Assembly: GCA_003344405.1 (NCBI GenBank)
Contig: NOWV01000149.1
Location: 62,001 to 126,000 of the forward strand
Length of the DNA stretch: 64,000 bases
Direction of reading: 5' to 3'
Source of the DNA: Trichoplax sp. H2
Lineage: Eukaryota
Below the pieces are notes generated by a model. That model saw only the letters and a program-made list of their open reading frames with translations. It was not told where the DNA came from and ran no database searches. Positions 11,520 to 23,600 of the stretch are shown piece by piece (positions within the stretch are counted from its first letter, which is position 1; every line of letters starts with the position of its first letter). A program made the translations under genes and the position numbers.

Positions 11520-12775
11520 GCATCAAGTTTGTTCTCTAGTCAACATTGCAATGGTACCAGTACAGTGTACAGTACTGTACGTACAGTACAGTATTGTACA
11601 GTACAGTATGATGGTAACGATGGCAAAGTAGTGTACAGTACGGTACAATGTACAGTACGGTACAATGTACAGTACTGTACAGTACATCAAATACGATCTG
11701 CTCTACCGTACACGGTACAGTACAGTACTTCAGTGTCTTGTACTGTACACTGTACAGGGTGTACAGTACTGTACAGTACAATACAGTATAGTACTGTAAA
11801 CTGTAAGATACAGTACATGTACTGTACTGTACAGTATACTGTACACACGACGGTGGGCGTCAAAATACAGTACAGTACAGTACAGAACAGTAAAGTAGAC
11901 TCAGTACATACTGTACAGTACTGTACATACTGTACTGTATGATGGTAACGATGTTAAGGTACAAACAGTACAGTACAGTACTGTACACTGTACAGTACAG
12001 TACATCAAATACGATCTGCTCTACCGTACACTGTACTGTACAGCACAGTACTATAAACTGTAAGATACAGTACATGTACTGTATACACACGACGGTGGGC
12101 GTCAAAATACGGTACAAAACAGTACAGTAGACTCAGTACATACAGTAGTGTANNNNNNNNNNNNNNNNNNNNGCATCAAGTTTGTTCTCTAGTCAACATT
12201 GCAATGATACCAGTACAGTGTACAGTACTGTACGTACAGTATTGTACAGTACAGTATGATGGTAACGATGGCAAAGTACTGTAGTGTACAGTACGGTACA
12301 ATGTACAGTACTGTACAGTGTACAGTACATCAAATACGATCTGCTCTACCGTACACGGTACAGTACTGTACTGTAAACTGTAAGATACAGTACATGTACT
12401 GTATACACACGACGGTGGGCGTCAAAATACAGTACAGTACAGTACAGAACAGTAAAGTAGACTCAGTACATACTGTACAGTAGTGTACATACTGTATGAT
12501 GGTAACGATGTTAAGGTACAAACAGTACAGTACATCAAATACGATCTGCTCTACCGTACACTGTACTGTACAGCACAGTACTATAAACTGTAAGATACAG
12601 TACATGTACTGTATACACACGACGGTGGGCGTCAAAATACGGTACAAAACAGTACAGTAGACTCAGTACATACAGTAGTGTACTGTATGATGGTAACGAT
12701 GGTAAGGTACAAACAGTACTGTATACTGTACAGTACAAACGACGGTGGGCATCAAAATACTGTACGGTACAGTTG
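11520..12775. repeat. Complex TACAG/CTGTA satellite array with conserved islands, spanning a 20-N gap
   Basis: Islands ATGATGGTAACGATG (11609, 11939, 12256, 12496, 12687), CATCAAATACGATCTGCTCTACCGTACAC, ACGACGGTGGGCGTCAAAATAC and GTAGACTCAGTACATAC are separated by variable TACAG/GTACT runs. Confidence 0.93.
12153..12172. other. Assembly gap (20 N)
   Basis: Run of n in the sequence. Confidence 1.
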
Positions 12776-13170
12776 ACTAAGCGCATAGTGTGATATGTAC
12801 TGTAGCCATCAGAAAGGGTACTTGTACCCGATGTAGCTTCCCATACGTGAGTCCAGTCTCAGTCAAAGCGAGACACGTCTTCCGTCATCATGGCAACCGC
12901 CATCCAATCTTTCTGACTACTCGACTTCCACGACTATCGTCGCAAACCAATAGTTGGCTGCAAGCCGTTATTTTCGAAACGAGAAATCAAGGTGGCGAGT
13001 AAAGTAGTCGAAGCTTGACCAGTCTCAAAATAATCGTTTCATATTCTTGGTGTACACTTGCACGATCAGTCTACAACTTTCCTCCAGTCTTAGTGATTAG
13101 TTGTTGTTGAATTATTCCCTTATTTGGACGATATTACTATCATCGAATAACAAGCATCATTCAATGTGCA

Positions 13171-15686
13171 ATGGAAGGTAAGTTACATACCTGTCCATGG
13201 ATTACTGGTATGACTTGAATGAACAAGGGCACCAGTGCCATCCATCAAGAGCTGTATTTTAAACCGATCATATACTTTACTAGACGTAGAATGGTAATCC
13301 TTCCCATCGAACACAAGATAGTATGGCTAAAATACAATACATCCCATTCTATCATGACCATGCCTACTAGACAGTACAGTATAGTGTATCCCAAACAGTT
13401 TGGAGAGAGACGCATACAGTAGTTTTAAAGTAGGGATAGCTTAGCGTGGTTGTCGGCAATCAATGACAGGCTACGCATTCAAGCTGCAGCAGTAAATCAT
13501 TTCACTAGCTTTGTCCAAAACGACATGATTGTTCAGGATGACTTTTTTCACTTTTGTACAGCAGTAAAATGGACGCTCGAGATGTTATGGACTGTTGACA
13601 TTAAATTAGATTAGTTAATACAAGTCGTGTTAAGCGCAACTACGAGCATGGACAATTCATTTTATTGGATGCCCTTCGGCACTATCTGTTATAGTAATAA
13701 CCCATTAGCTACCATAGTAAATCATGGTATACTTGCTTTGATTCTGTAAAAGTTAGTCTGCCATGAAAGGATTATGGGTTAATAAAAGTAGCCATCATAA
13801 TACGATCGTACCCTACTTCACGCGATCGGCAGTACCAGCGATATTAGATGCAGTAACACCTTATTTAAAATTCATCATGGTTTGTCGACTTGATCACCCT
13901 TCTGCTCTAGTGTGTATTTTAACTGAACGCTAATATGTCAATGAATGAAGATTGTTCCAATGAATACGTCGATGATTGTTGCAACAGCGATTTATTTAAT
14001 TAGAGACGAATTATTAGTATAAAGATAGTAAGTTATGATCGAACATGATCGTCAAGTCAAATGCTATGACGAAAGTGAAAATACAGCTGATACTATAATT
14101 GGAGTACTTGCCTACTACAGGTTGACATTTGTATAAATTATCGTAGTAAAATGTTCAGATCGAAAGGTCTGTCATTTTCTTTACAATCTTACTTTGATTA
14201 AACCAATGATCGTTCATAGGACGTTAATTAATGTTGTTAAGGTTCTAATTATGATGGTCGAGGTCGTGGTAGAAGTAGAGGCGGACGCAAGGGTCGAGGT
14301 CTGAATAGAGGTAACGGTAGAATAGCCGCTAACCGTAGTAATGATGGAAGAAATGAGGATACTGACACATCCAGAGGTGAGAATCGTTTTGTCAATAATA
14401 CAGATAGACCAAGTAGGGGTGCTTCAAGAGGTGGCAGACGTGGAAGAAGAGGTGGACCAGCGGTAAGTAATATATATATACCTTTCAAGCTAAGCAAGTG
14501 TAGCGTAATTGTTAGAGTGTCTTATTATCATGTGGATACATTGTAAACAGGCATATCTATAGAACATTGTATAACATGGACAAATTTTCAACTGTGAATG
14601 ACATCAAAATAATCGCTTTAGTTAACACTTCAACTCCATATCAAATAGATGCACAACAGTGTTTTCAATGAATACTAACTGATATCATTATTTGCTACTA
14701 TGAATACATATTAGTATTACTCACAGCCGCAATACTATGATGATGAATTCCAAGATCAAGTGGAATACGATGACTTTGATGATAGACGATTAAATAATCC
14801 CCGCAATAGAAATCGGCAAAATAGAGATGCCCATATAAGCAAGGCAAGACAGGCAAATTTAGCAAAAAAAAGGAATTTTTATAAAGTAAAGTCACTAAAA
14901 TAGAGAGTATCGCACAAAAGTTGATGAAGAGGCTGTACTTCTCTAAAGAAAATAGTTTCACGTAACTTTCAACCATTGTAGTTACTTCAGGCCCAGTAGC
15001 CAGGTAATAACAGTCTTATCTGCTTTTCATTTATCTGTCATTGATGAAATTACAGAATCGAAATGAAGAACGAGAAAGCTCTGGTAATAGGTAAGCCATT
15101 AAATTATGTCTTGATAGTATGGCTCAACTTTAGGTAAGTTTTGGTGTATCTATAATTTCGCAGATATAACAACCCTGACGGGCAAATGTTAACTATCACC
15201 ATTCCAAATCCTGACGCAATCATGAACACCAAATTCAGGTAATTTTATTTAATGAATAAATAAGGTCGACATTATAAAATGATAACAATATGTGTGCAAT
15301 TCATTGTTTAATCTATATGAAGAACTAGTGGTCGCAGTTCTGAATCAAAATCAAGAAGTAGAACCTTTCCTCCACGTTTTCGGGATAAACAACCTATACA
15401 AGACAGTCAACAAGTTATATTCGTTGCTCAAGATAATGCGAGAAGCAGATCACGCGGAAGAAGTCGACGTAAATATCGAGGTAGAGGCCGAGGAAAACCG
15501 CAAGAAGAACAGAATTTTCGTTCAGAAGATCAGGTTCGATACACAAGAATTGCGTGAATAAATTCATTACAACCGTAAAAATTTACTCTTATCAGTATTG
15601 CTTTTGACTTTCCCTCTCAGTCCTACAACGCAACAGAAAGAGAGGTGGCATTCATCCCTAGCGGCCGATCTGTTAAAATGTATTAG
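13171..15686 (+). CDS. RG/RGG-rich low-complexity protein of unknown family (putative RNA-binding), 6 exons, ~204 aa
   Basis: Exons 13171-13177 (ATGGAAG|gtaagt), 14242-14462, 15056-15090, 15164-15238, 15323-15533, 15621-15686 join in phase: MEGSNYDGRGRGRSRGGRKGRG...SRGGRRGRRGGPANRNEERESSGNRYNNPDGQMLTITIPNPD...RSRGRSRRKYRGRGRGKPQEE...EREVAFIPSGRSVKMY*. The ORF track misses it. Confidence 0.7.
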
Positions 15687-16570
15687 AAATAGCCGAGATT
15701 CTTCACGAGGATCATGAATCAGGATAACAAAGTTTATTTCCCAATTTTTTCAGTGTAGATACTTGCTTTAGGCAATTAATATCATATTATATGTAGAGTC
15801 TAATTAATTCATTGTTGTAAATGAGCAAAATTTATGATAGATTTAGAAAGTTTAGTAGCTCATCATTTATTCATCTACTCGTATTGGGTGCGTTATTTTA
15901 TCATGCCTGGCAACTGCCAATCCATTAAGAATCAATGCCATTGAAATTACACCAAAACGGTACTATCAATACGAATATGAACTAAATCAGTTATCCCTTG
16001 CTCATATTTTATTGTGTATTCAATGGATGTTCGTAATGGTAGTATCTTATTGCAGTCGCATTGTTAATAACATTATTTTCAGCAGGTTTTTAATTAATAG
16101 CAATATAAGACTGCTTTCTTTCAATTGTAGAATATTGTATGAGTTTCAATAGTATATAAAAATAATCATCACCTGTAAAAGTTTAAAATTAATGTATATT
16201 ATTTTTAATATTATCATCATTTTCATTATCATTCAATGATTTTATGAATTTTGATGTTCAAGCTGCGGGTTGATTAACTTCGGCTGCAATTACGAAGCGT
16301 CGAATAAAATTGTGTATCAGACATGAAAATCAAACTTGTGTCTTATTATAAAAGTGAGAGAATAAATGGCATACGATAATTATACTCTCAACTGGTAGGA
16401 CAGTTACAAATTCTGATTGCTGACTGATGTGGGAATATTTATGCACCATCAATCAAACCTAATGTTCACGAGGTGTTAAGAAGCCTATCCGAAATAAGAC
16501 CCCATGGCGTTGCTTTATTTCGTTCACGTTCTATCTTCGTGATACGGCATATTAATTTCATTTTTATATC

Positions 16571-19500
16571 TTACGTGGCCATATTCTCACGCCTTCTCTC
16601 CAATTTAATTATCCCTAAATTAGCAAATAGCAATTTAACATAAAATAATTTATTTAGGTATGTACTCAGTACCGATAAAACCGAGTCTGTTTTCCAAACG
16701 CAGTTTATTAATCAAAATGTTATAATTAAAATTATTCATGGCATAATATTTTAAAGTCAGAGTAATCAATTTATTCACAAACTACAGCTACTTACAGGTT
16801 AAAATCATGCCTAAAGCCAATAAACCAATTAAGACACAATTTGCGATTAAAGTATGGGATGGACGATTAAGAATTCTGTCCATGATACTTATTAATGATA
16901 TTCCAAAGATCTGATAAAACAAAAATTATACTCTGAGGTAACAAGTTTATCTACCGTTTGCAACGAAGGAATCAACGATGAGCTAATCATCAGGATTGCC
17001 CTCCTTATTGCAAGCGCCAAACATTAAATGAAAACTCAGTATTGTAACTATCTCGTAGACACAGCTGTAGTCTAACCTCTTTTCAAAGTATTACTTAAGA
17101 ACTATTGCATTAAAAACCGTCAGGCGTAACAGTAATGCAATGAATAGAGTTTTAGTCTCTAAGATTCGAAATCTACTCAGTCAAAATTTGAAAACGACTC
17201 TACTGTGATTTTATGTTGAACTAGCAATAAATAATAAATCTATTTATATCTAGTAAATCTAACCTGAGCAGAACAATTTAACAAACCAGATGATAGCCCT
17301 TCAGAAATAGGATACGTCATTTCAGCCGCAAACTCAAATCCAACGGGCAATATGGCCGTTGCAAAGAATCTATCCGAAAAAAGTAAAGATTGCTTACGTA
17401 CAAAGAATTCTTCGCTATGTCCAGCAATGAACTACTGTATAAATTACTCAAAATGAAGAATTACCCAAAAGCACCACAAATAAAATAAAGTACTTCAAGT
17501 TGTTTAAAATAAACTCCTAGGGTGAACGCTACAGCGGCGATGACGGAGAAAATGTAGAACGTGACCGTAGTCCCTCTATAGAGAATCACATACCATCATT
17601 TGAACTCAATCATAGACGTATATGGTAACGAATCAAGAAGTGTAAATACTAACTTGAATCGCCTAGTCCAATCAAGCCAAAATCCAACCAGAAAGGCTCC
17701 AACTAGACCACTAATAATAAGAATAAAGCCCATAATACCCACAGCCACTTCTTGATTCTATTTCAGTCAGTGAAATTTATCAAAACGTCTAGTTTGGCGT
17801 ATACCTGAGCCTAATCTCCTGCCAAGATTATATTTTTATTCATTAAATACAAGAGCATGCAATTACCGGTATTTCCGGTAAGATAATTTCGCCTAGAAGT
17901 GTCGAAATTGCGTAGTAGCTTCCAGTAATTATTCCTAAATATTTGCAAAATAGATTCGTAAATACTGTAGGCTCAATTTTATTGAATAGATTTACTTTTC
18001 ATGATCCTGTACTATACTATCCGCTACGATATGATTATTACAAATGTAATCTAGAGAAGACAATCAACTTGCTGGCAACGTATTCTTCGAATCAAATGGA
18101 TCACATACCATAAGATATTAACAGAAGCATAAAATTTCGATTCATTATTAGCATTTTTATGTCTCTCGTAAAGGGATGTCTAGGTGTAACGATGATGTGA
18201 TTTTGATTCCCTGATATACTCTCTTGATCATCATCACGCGCTAACTGTAAGTCTAAGAAATAAAACGAAATTTAAATAAGTTACATATTAAATACCTGAT
18301 AGCAATCGTATATAGTACTCTATTCAAAATGTGAAAAGATTACTAGCCTTTATGGCTATTAATACAGTCAAGAATGCAGAATCAAACAAATTATGACTAC
18401 TTAAAATAAAGCAAACTACCCCCTGCGTTACCTAATACTGACGGAATGTTCTCGTTATCATTATATTGCGCAGTTCCTGTTAATGAAAAGTATAATTTCG
18501 TGGAATTAATACAGTTATAACCAGTGGACATTAAAGCGAGTTCAAGATCGTCTCTTAGAAACGGTATTATTAATCAACTATTAATGACAAATTTGGGTTC
18601 ACCATAACGGACGTTAAGGTCCTTGCTGATATTATTATTCAATTTTTCCGTTCGTGGCTCTTGAGGAAATACTATATATTCATGATTAGATCATTAAACA
18701 GTGCAAGCAATTTAAATTTCAATAAAAAAAATCACATAAAGTGCGTGGTGGCACCAAAATACCTATGAAAATTAAAATGATGATGATCATGCATGAGCAT
18801 GCTTGAGCTAATAGTAAATTCGATAAGTTATGGCTGAATACAGCTCGATTAATAACCACTGGGACCGATATAGGAGAAAGAATAAAGCCGATAGCTGATC
18901 CGACCTGTGGAATAATTCTGTTTAGCAAACGTATTAACGCACTAATAGAAATAGTTTGAGTTTTCGACAGATATCAATAATTTTTACTTAAAGCTCACCT
19001 GATTAGCAAACACAGCTATTGCTGTTGCTGCTGATCGCTGATTCATAGGAAACCAAATAGCTGCCAACCTAAGAATATTATAATAAATGTAAAAATTGAT
19101 TCTCTATTATGAATAGTCTAGCCGAAGAAAAATGATATTCATACGTAAATACCAAGCTTTTTAACCTCCTATACTAAAATGACATCTGAAAAAAATTGTA
19201 TCATTTTTATGCCAGAAATCAAATATTAAATTTTCTCACGAACAGCTTGGAACATGTCAGAAATAGAAAGCCTACTTTGCTGGAATTCCTAATGTGAAGG
19301 ATTGAGCCAATGAAGAAACTATCTGGCCTAGCATCAGCAACCAAAACGTATCAGGATGACTTCCTGAGTATCGTAACCATGCACCAATAGCATTTAGGAG
19401 TCCTCCATATGTAACAGCCGCTTTTAAACCATCCGTTTCCAGCAACCAGGTGGAAGGTAAAATAAATAGAATGTAAGTAGCCATGTATATTTGAGATAAC

Positions 19501-20677
19501 CAGTTAATCGCCGTGGAAGTAACATTATAATAGCCTATCAAAGGCATCAATGAGTCAATCTGACCAATAACGCAATTGAGTGAGATCATATTGTGAATAC
19601 ACAGATCAATTTTAGAAATATGTGAATGAGGTATGGGTTCAGTTTTTATTAAAGAGAGACTAGTGGTGGTGGCTATTCCTCCTAGCAATGGAAAGCTCGT
19701 CAGTGTTGTAGTCATATACAGCAGTCTATAGGTGGGTGTCGGAGAGAATAAAGCTACCAGCAAGCTGATAGTAAATAACTTTCTAGCTGTAGTTTTAATT
19801 TCCTAGTTACAAATTGCACAGTAAAGTATTAAAGCCTATTCTATCGACAAATATCGTTGCAGGCAGTAGTTTGAATTTCTTAACCAAGTACTAAAGCCTA
19901 TTCTATGAGCAGATACAGTATACTTGCAACAACATAGCAATGTAGCAATGGTTTTAATCCCCTTGTTCTAAATTTCCCAACTGACTACTAAAAAGCCTAC
20001 TGTATGAATATTACGCGTATGAGCAGATACCCTAGCGACAATCAAGCAATCTAGTAATTTTAATTTTCGTTATTTTGAAGGAGTTTCCTAACAGTACTAA
20101 AGCTTATCCTATGGACAGATACCTTTACGACAATCAAAACAATTTAGCTGTATGTTTAATTTCCTAACAAAGTTCTAAAGCCTATTCTATGGACAGATAT
20201 CCAGCAATCACTGTACAGTATGCTCTATACTGTAGACTAGAAGGTGGAAAAAAATGCTGAGATTTCCTTACTTAGTATTTAGGTTAATGACTTCGGGGAC
20301 AGTGAATTAGCATTGCTAAGCTGTTGTACCTTACTCGCTAAATTTTGCCAATTGAACTGCAGTTCTGTCATTGTGTGTTCAAACATGGCAATAATAAAAT
20401 ATAATGCAATAAATAGCAAAACGATGATGTAATGCAAACCTTCCAATTGCACAGCGATTGGCGCAAACGTTATCCATTGCATTCCATTGCTACCAGTTAA
20501 TAACGAAAAAGCAAAGAGAGCCATAAAACGCTTACGTCGATTATCTTTACTAGTAAGAGAGTCATTTGTAGATTGGCACTCTTGTTTGCTATTGCCAGCG
20601 ATGATTATGGGAACTGTGTCGGCGTTTTCATCGCTTTCATGAGTTACAACATGTTGTCGATTTTCCATAGGGATCAT
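16571..20677 (-). CDS. FLVCR2: FLVCR-family (SLC49) MFS transporter, probable choline/ethanolamine carrier, 13 exons, ~504 aa
   Basis: Exons 20440-20677, 19276-19534, 18999-19068, 18763-18904, 18603-18671, 18432-18476, 18109-18252, 17867-17934, 17654-17757, 17465-17575, 17264-17369, 16796-16910, 16571-16614 are phase-consistent. Motifs [41 protein letters not shown] and [24 protein letters not shown] are present. FLVCR1 versus FLVCR2 cannot be resolved. Confidence 0.92.
19790..20205. repeat. Degenerate minisatellite (~5 copies) in FLVCR intron 1
   Basis: Recurrent core TTTCCTAAC..AGTACTAAAGCCTATTCTATGGACAGATA, with variants near 19830, 19890, 19990, 20095 and 20175. Confidence 0.75.
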
Positions 20678-23600
20678 TAATTAATTAGTTATGGATAGCA
20701 CTATAAGCATACAATCTATTTAGAGACTAGATTAGCCAAGTTGTCCTTGCTCTTGAAACCAAAAGATAGTCAGGGTATAATAACGTAAAACATGTACAGG
20801 ATATGTATTAATTTCCACCAACCTTCGCGTACATAAAAAATGATTCTGTTCACCAATGTCGATGAATTGTTACACTTCCTCACACTGTTCTTACAGTAGA
20901 ATCATGCCAAACTATGTCTAATACCGTAATATCTTGACCCTGACGAATAAAAATAATGACTTTGACAGGAGCTATTTGGTTGCAGCGAGTACAATCATCA
21001 ACATATAATTTATCAACCACTTGCAATGGATGAAATTTGGGTTAATTTTTTTCAATTTTGACCTAGTAAAATGATTCTTCTACTATAAAACTGTAACAAG
21101 CTGCAGTGAATGATATTTATATGCGAATGTAGCATGTTGATTTATTCGATATAGTTATATATCAATGTCCATCCAGCAAATGGGCAAGACAGCAATAAGC
21201 TTACGTTAATAAAATATTTCTTTCCACAATGAGTAATAGTGCCAGGATTGATAGACTACTGCCGCGATTGAAGGCCTAGTCTAACTTTGTAACTCGCTTT
21301 TCCAATTGGTTATACCGTTGATGTAATAATCAAGCGAACAAATTATTCCATACTGTCATTGGGCTTCACCAAGAAAGAATAACAAAGTACAGCGGTGGTG
21401 CTTTGCTTCCTTTTAGCTAATGTACTAGTGTACAAGTTCATTGCTCGTAAGTAAGTAACATGTCAGTATGAGGTAGAGTACAGTTAAATAACATGGACTG
21501 AATATTAATCGGTAGTGGCCATGACAGTGGACAGACATGACTAGACGACAGACATACGGTAAACGAAAGAGACGAGAAGTCAGTCAAGGTCTCATGGACT
21601 ACTAAAAGAGCGAAATCCTCCTCTAAGTTTTGTCTCTTTTACTAAACCCATCCGTTCAATGATGATAGTAATAAAGGCAGAAGTAAGAGAAAAGATTTTT
21701 GCCTCTATGCTAAACAGTATACGGTACAGTAGTTGCAAAAAACGTTCACAGACCGTTTCAAAGTCTCCATAACCCAGACCGTATTTTAGCACCATTGCTT
21801 TGCCTCTAAAATGTCAAGAATAATGGATGCTCATTTTTGTATCATGCAAATCAACTATGGAGAACAGATTGTAATAATGCTTTTCTACTTCATGCCAATG
21901 AATACAAATATGATCATGATGCAAAATCGACGCAATTGAGTCATAATCAATTTTGTTACTTACTGTAGTTAACGTCAGAATTCTTACTACAATTTATCAA
22001 ATACGACGCCAGACTACGCGCACTCTTTGGTTGAAATGGCTTATTGCATATGTGATCAGTAGGATATAATTAATTAGTTAACTTCATCACCGACAAGGCG
22101 ACAACATACAGTACTTGCGATCGAACCTTGAACAAGAGTAACGAGAAACCATACTCAAAAAAAAAAAAAATGAGGGACGAAAAGTGGTATTCAGTGCAAA
22201 AAAATAAGAGGGAGGCACATCATTTTTCCTGCCATTTCACTTTAATAGGTTACCATGAAACCATTTATCATACTGCACAAAATCAATCTAGCTGCTAATT
22301 AATATATAAACAATTTGAATGTCATCTGCAAGCAGCCATCGACTGGTCTGCAATAGAAAGTGATGATTTTTGGTCTTTGAAGGGGAAGTAAGAAATTGGT
22401 ATTTCTCACAATTTTAGCAAATATTTGAACCATAGGTGTGCCATTTCAACTGTACCGTATTGCGATGGACAAACAACGCTACAGTTAAAAATCAAAATAG
22501 GTTTCACGATAGTGATCTCTCTAAGTAGCATTATTAATTCAATTTTAGACCAGTACAGTACTTTTCAGTGACATTCTACTAATGGACTGTTTTCCATAAT
22601 TTGTGGCTGTGATATTCAGTAGAAAGATGTTCTCGTGTTAGAGGTAAGCGTAAACATTTGACATAATAAAATGCCGATGAATGAGTTCATAACTAAATAA
22701 CTACCGCTTGCTTCGCTGGGCATATAGAATTAATTGTTTAAAATGATTAATGCTGTTAATTTCAAAACTGGTATGATTAATTATTTAAATCCAATTTTAT
22801 GGTGTTGCGCATTCTCTGGTAAATCTTCTCTACACTTTAATCAAATGCAATAGGGGGTAAGTTGGTTGTAAAATTATAATAGTAATGTTAAGATCTATGA
22901 TATGAATTCAAAAAAAATTTCTTACGAAAGAATCACATATTTTTCATATAGTGCTAATATTACAGTTTACGTATTTATGCCTTGGGTCTATAAGTCAAAA
23001 ACATATTTTGATATTTAAGCATTATATTTGGAGAGTTGTAACTTGTCATATTACAATGAATAGATCAAATCAAGATGGATGTTTCTATATTATAAATTTT
23101 ACTTTTCAATATTTATTGAATCGACAATTCCAATGTATTTACAAGTGTTCATTATAATTTTAAATCATTTGTTATATGTGGCCATTCCAATCTATATATC
23201 CACCAAATTTACTGGAACGAACAGGGCGTAAGTTGATACTTAATAACAATAACTTATGATGATACGTATGTGTGCTACAGTATAAATTGAGCTAATTTAT
23301 CTATTAAAGTAGGTAAATTTAATATAGAATGATGATACTGGGTCAGTTTTATATTGTATCAACCATCATACTGAGATAGTTATGTACTAAAAAAGTCTTA
23401 TATTCGTAAAATATGGCAGCAGAAATTAGATAGCTGGTAAGATGCAGCTAATATTATAACAATAATAATAATCTAGACTGCCTTTATAATGAGAATATAT
23501 TTGTTTATTTTGTTCTTACATAATTGAAGCAATAGCAGAATTATAAATATTAACGTTAAAGACTATTAGCACATAAAATTTGCTATTTTAGATCAATTTT

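Noticed and set aside
11520-12775. CRISPR-like look of conserved islands with variable spacers (also 7759-8505)
   Set aside because: The spacers are homologous low-complexity sequence, the units are 200-330 bp, there are no cas genes, and the context is eukaryotic.
11487-12786. ORFs rich in Y/S/T/V/Q/C on both strands
   Set aside because: They are translations of the TACAG/CTGTA satellite, not genes.
14249-14497. Pro/Leu/Arg-rich minus-strand ORF
   Set aside because: It is the antisense shadow of the RGG-coding exon.
15292-15561. 89-aa plus-strand ORF
   Set aside because: It is an alternative frame over exon 5 of the RGG gene. Splice phases support the other frame.
21150-22650. Exon-like patches with gtaag donors (21451, 22387, 22644)
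   Set aside because: The frames I tried contain stops and resemble no family I recognise. It could be a decayed gene or lncRNA but is unsupported.
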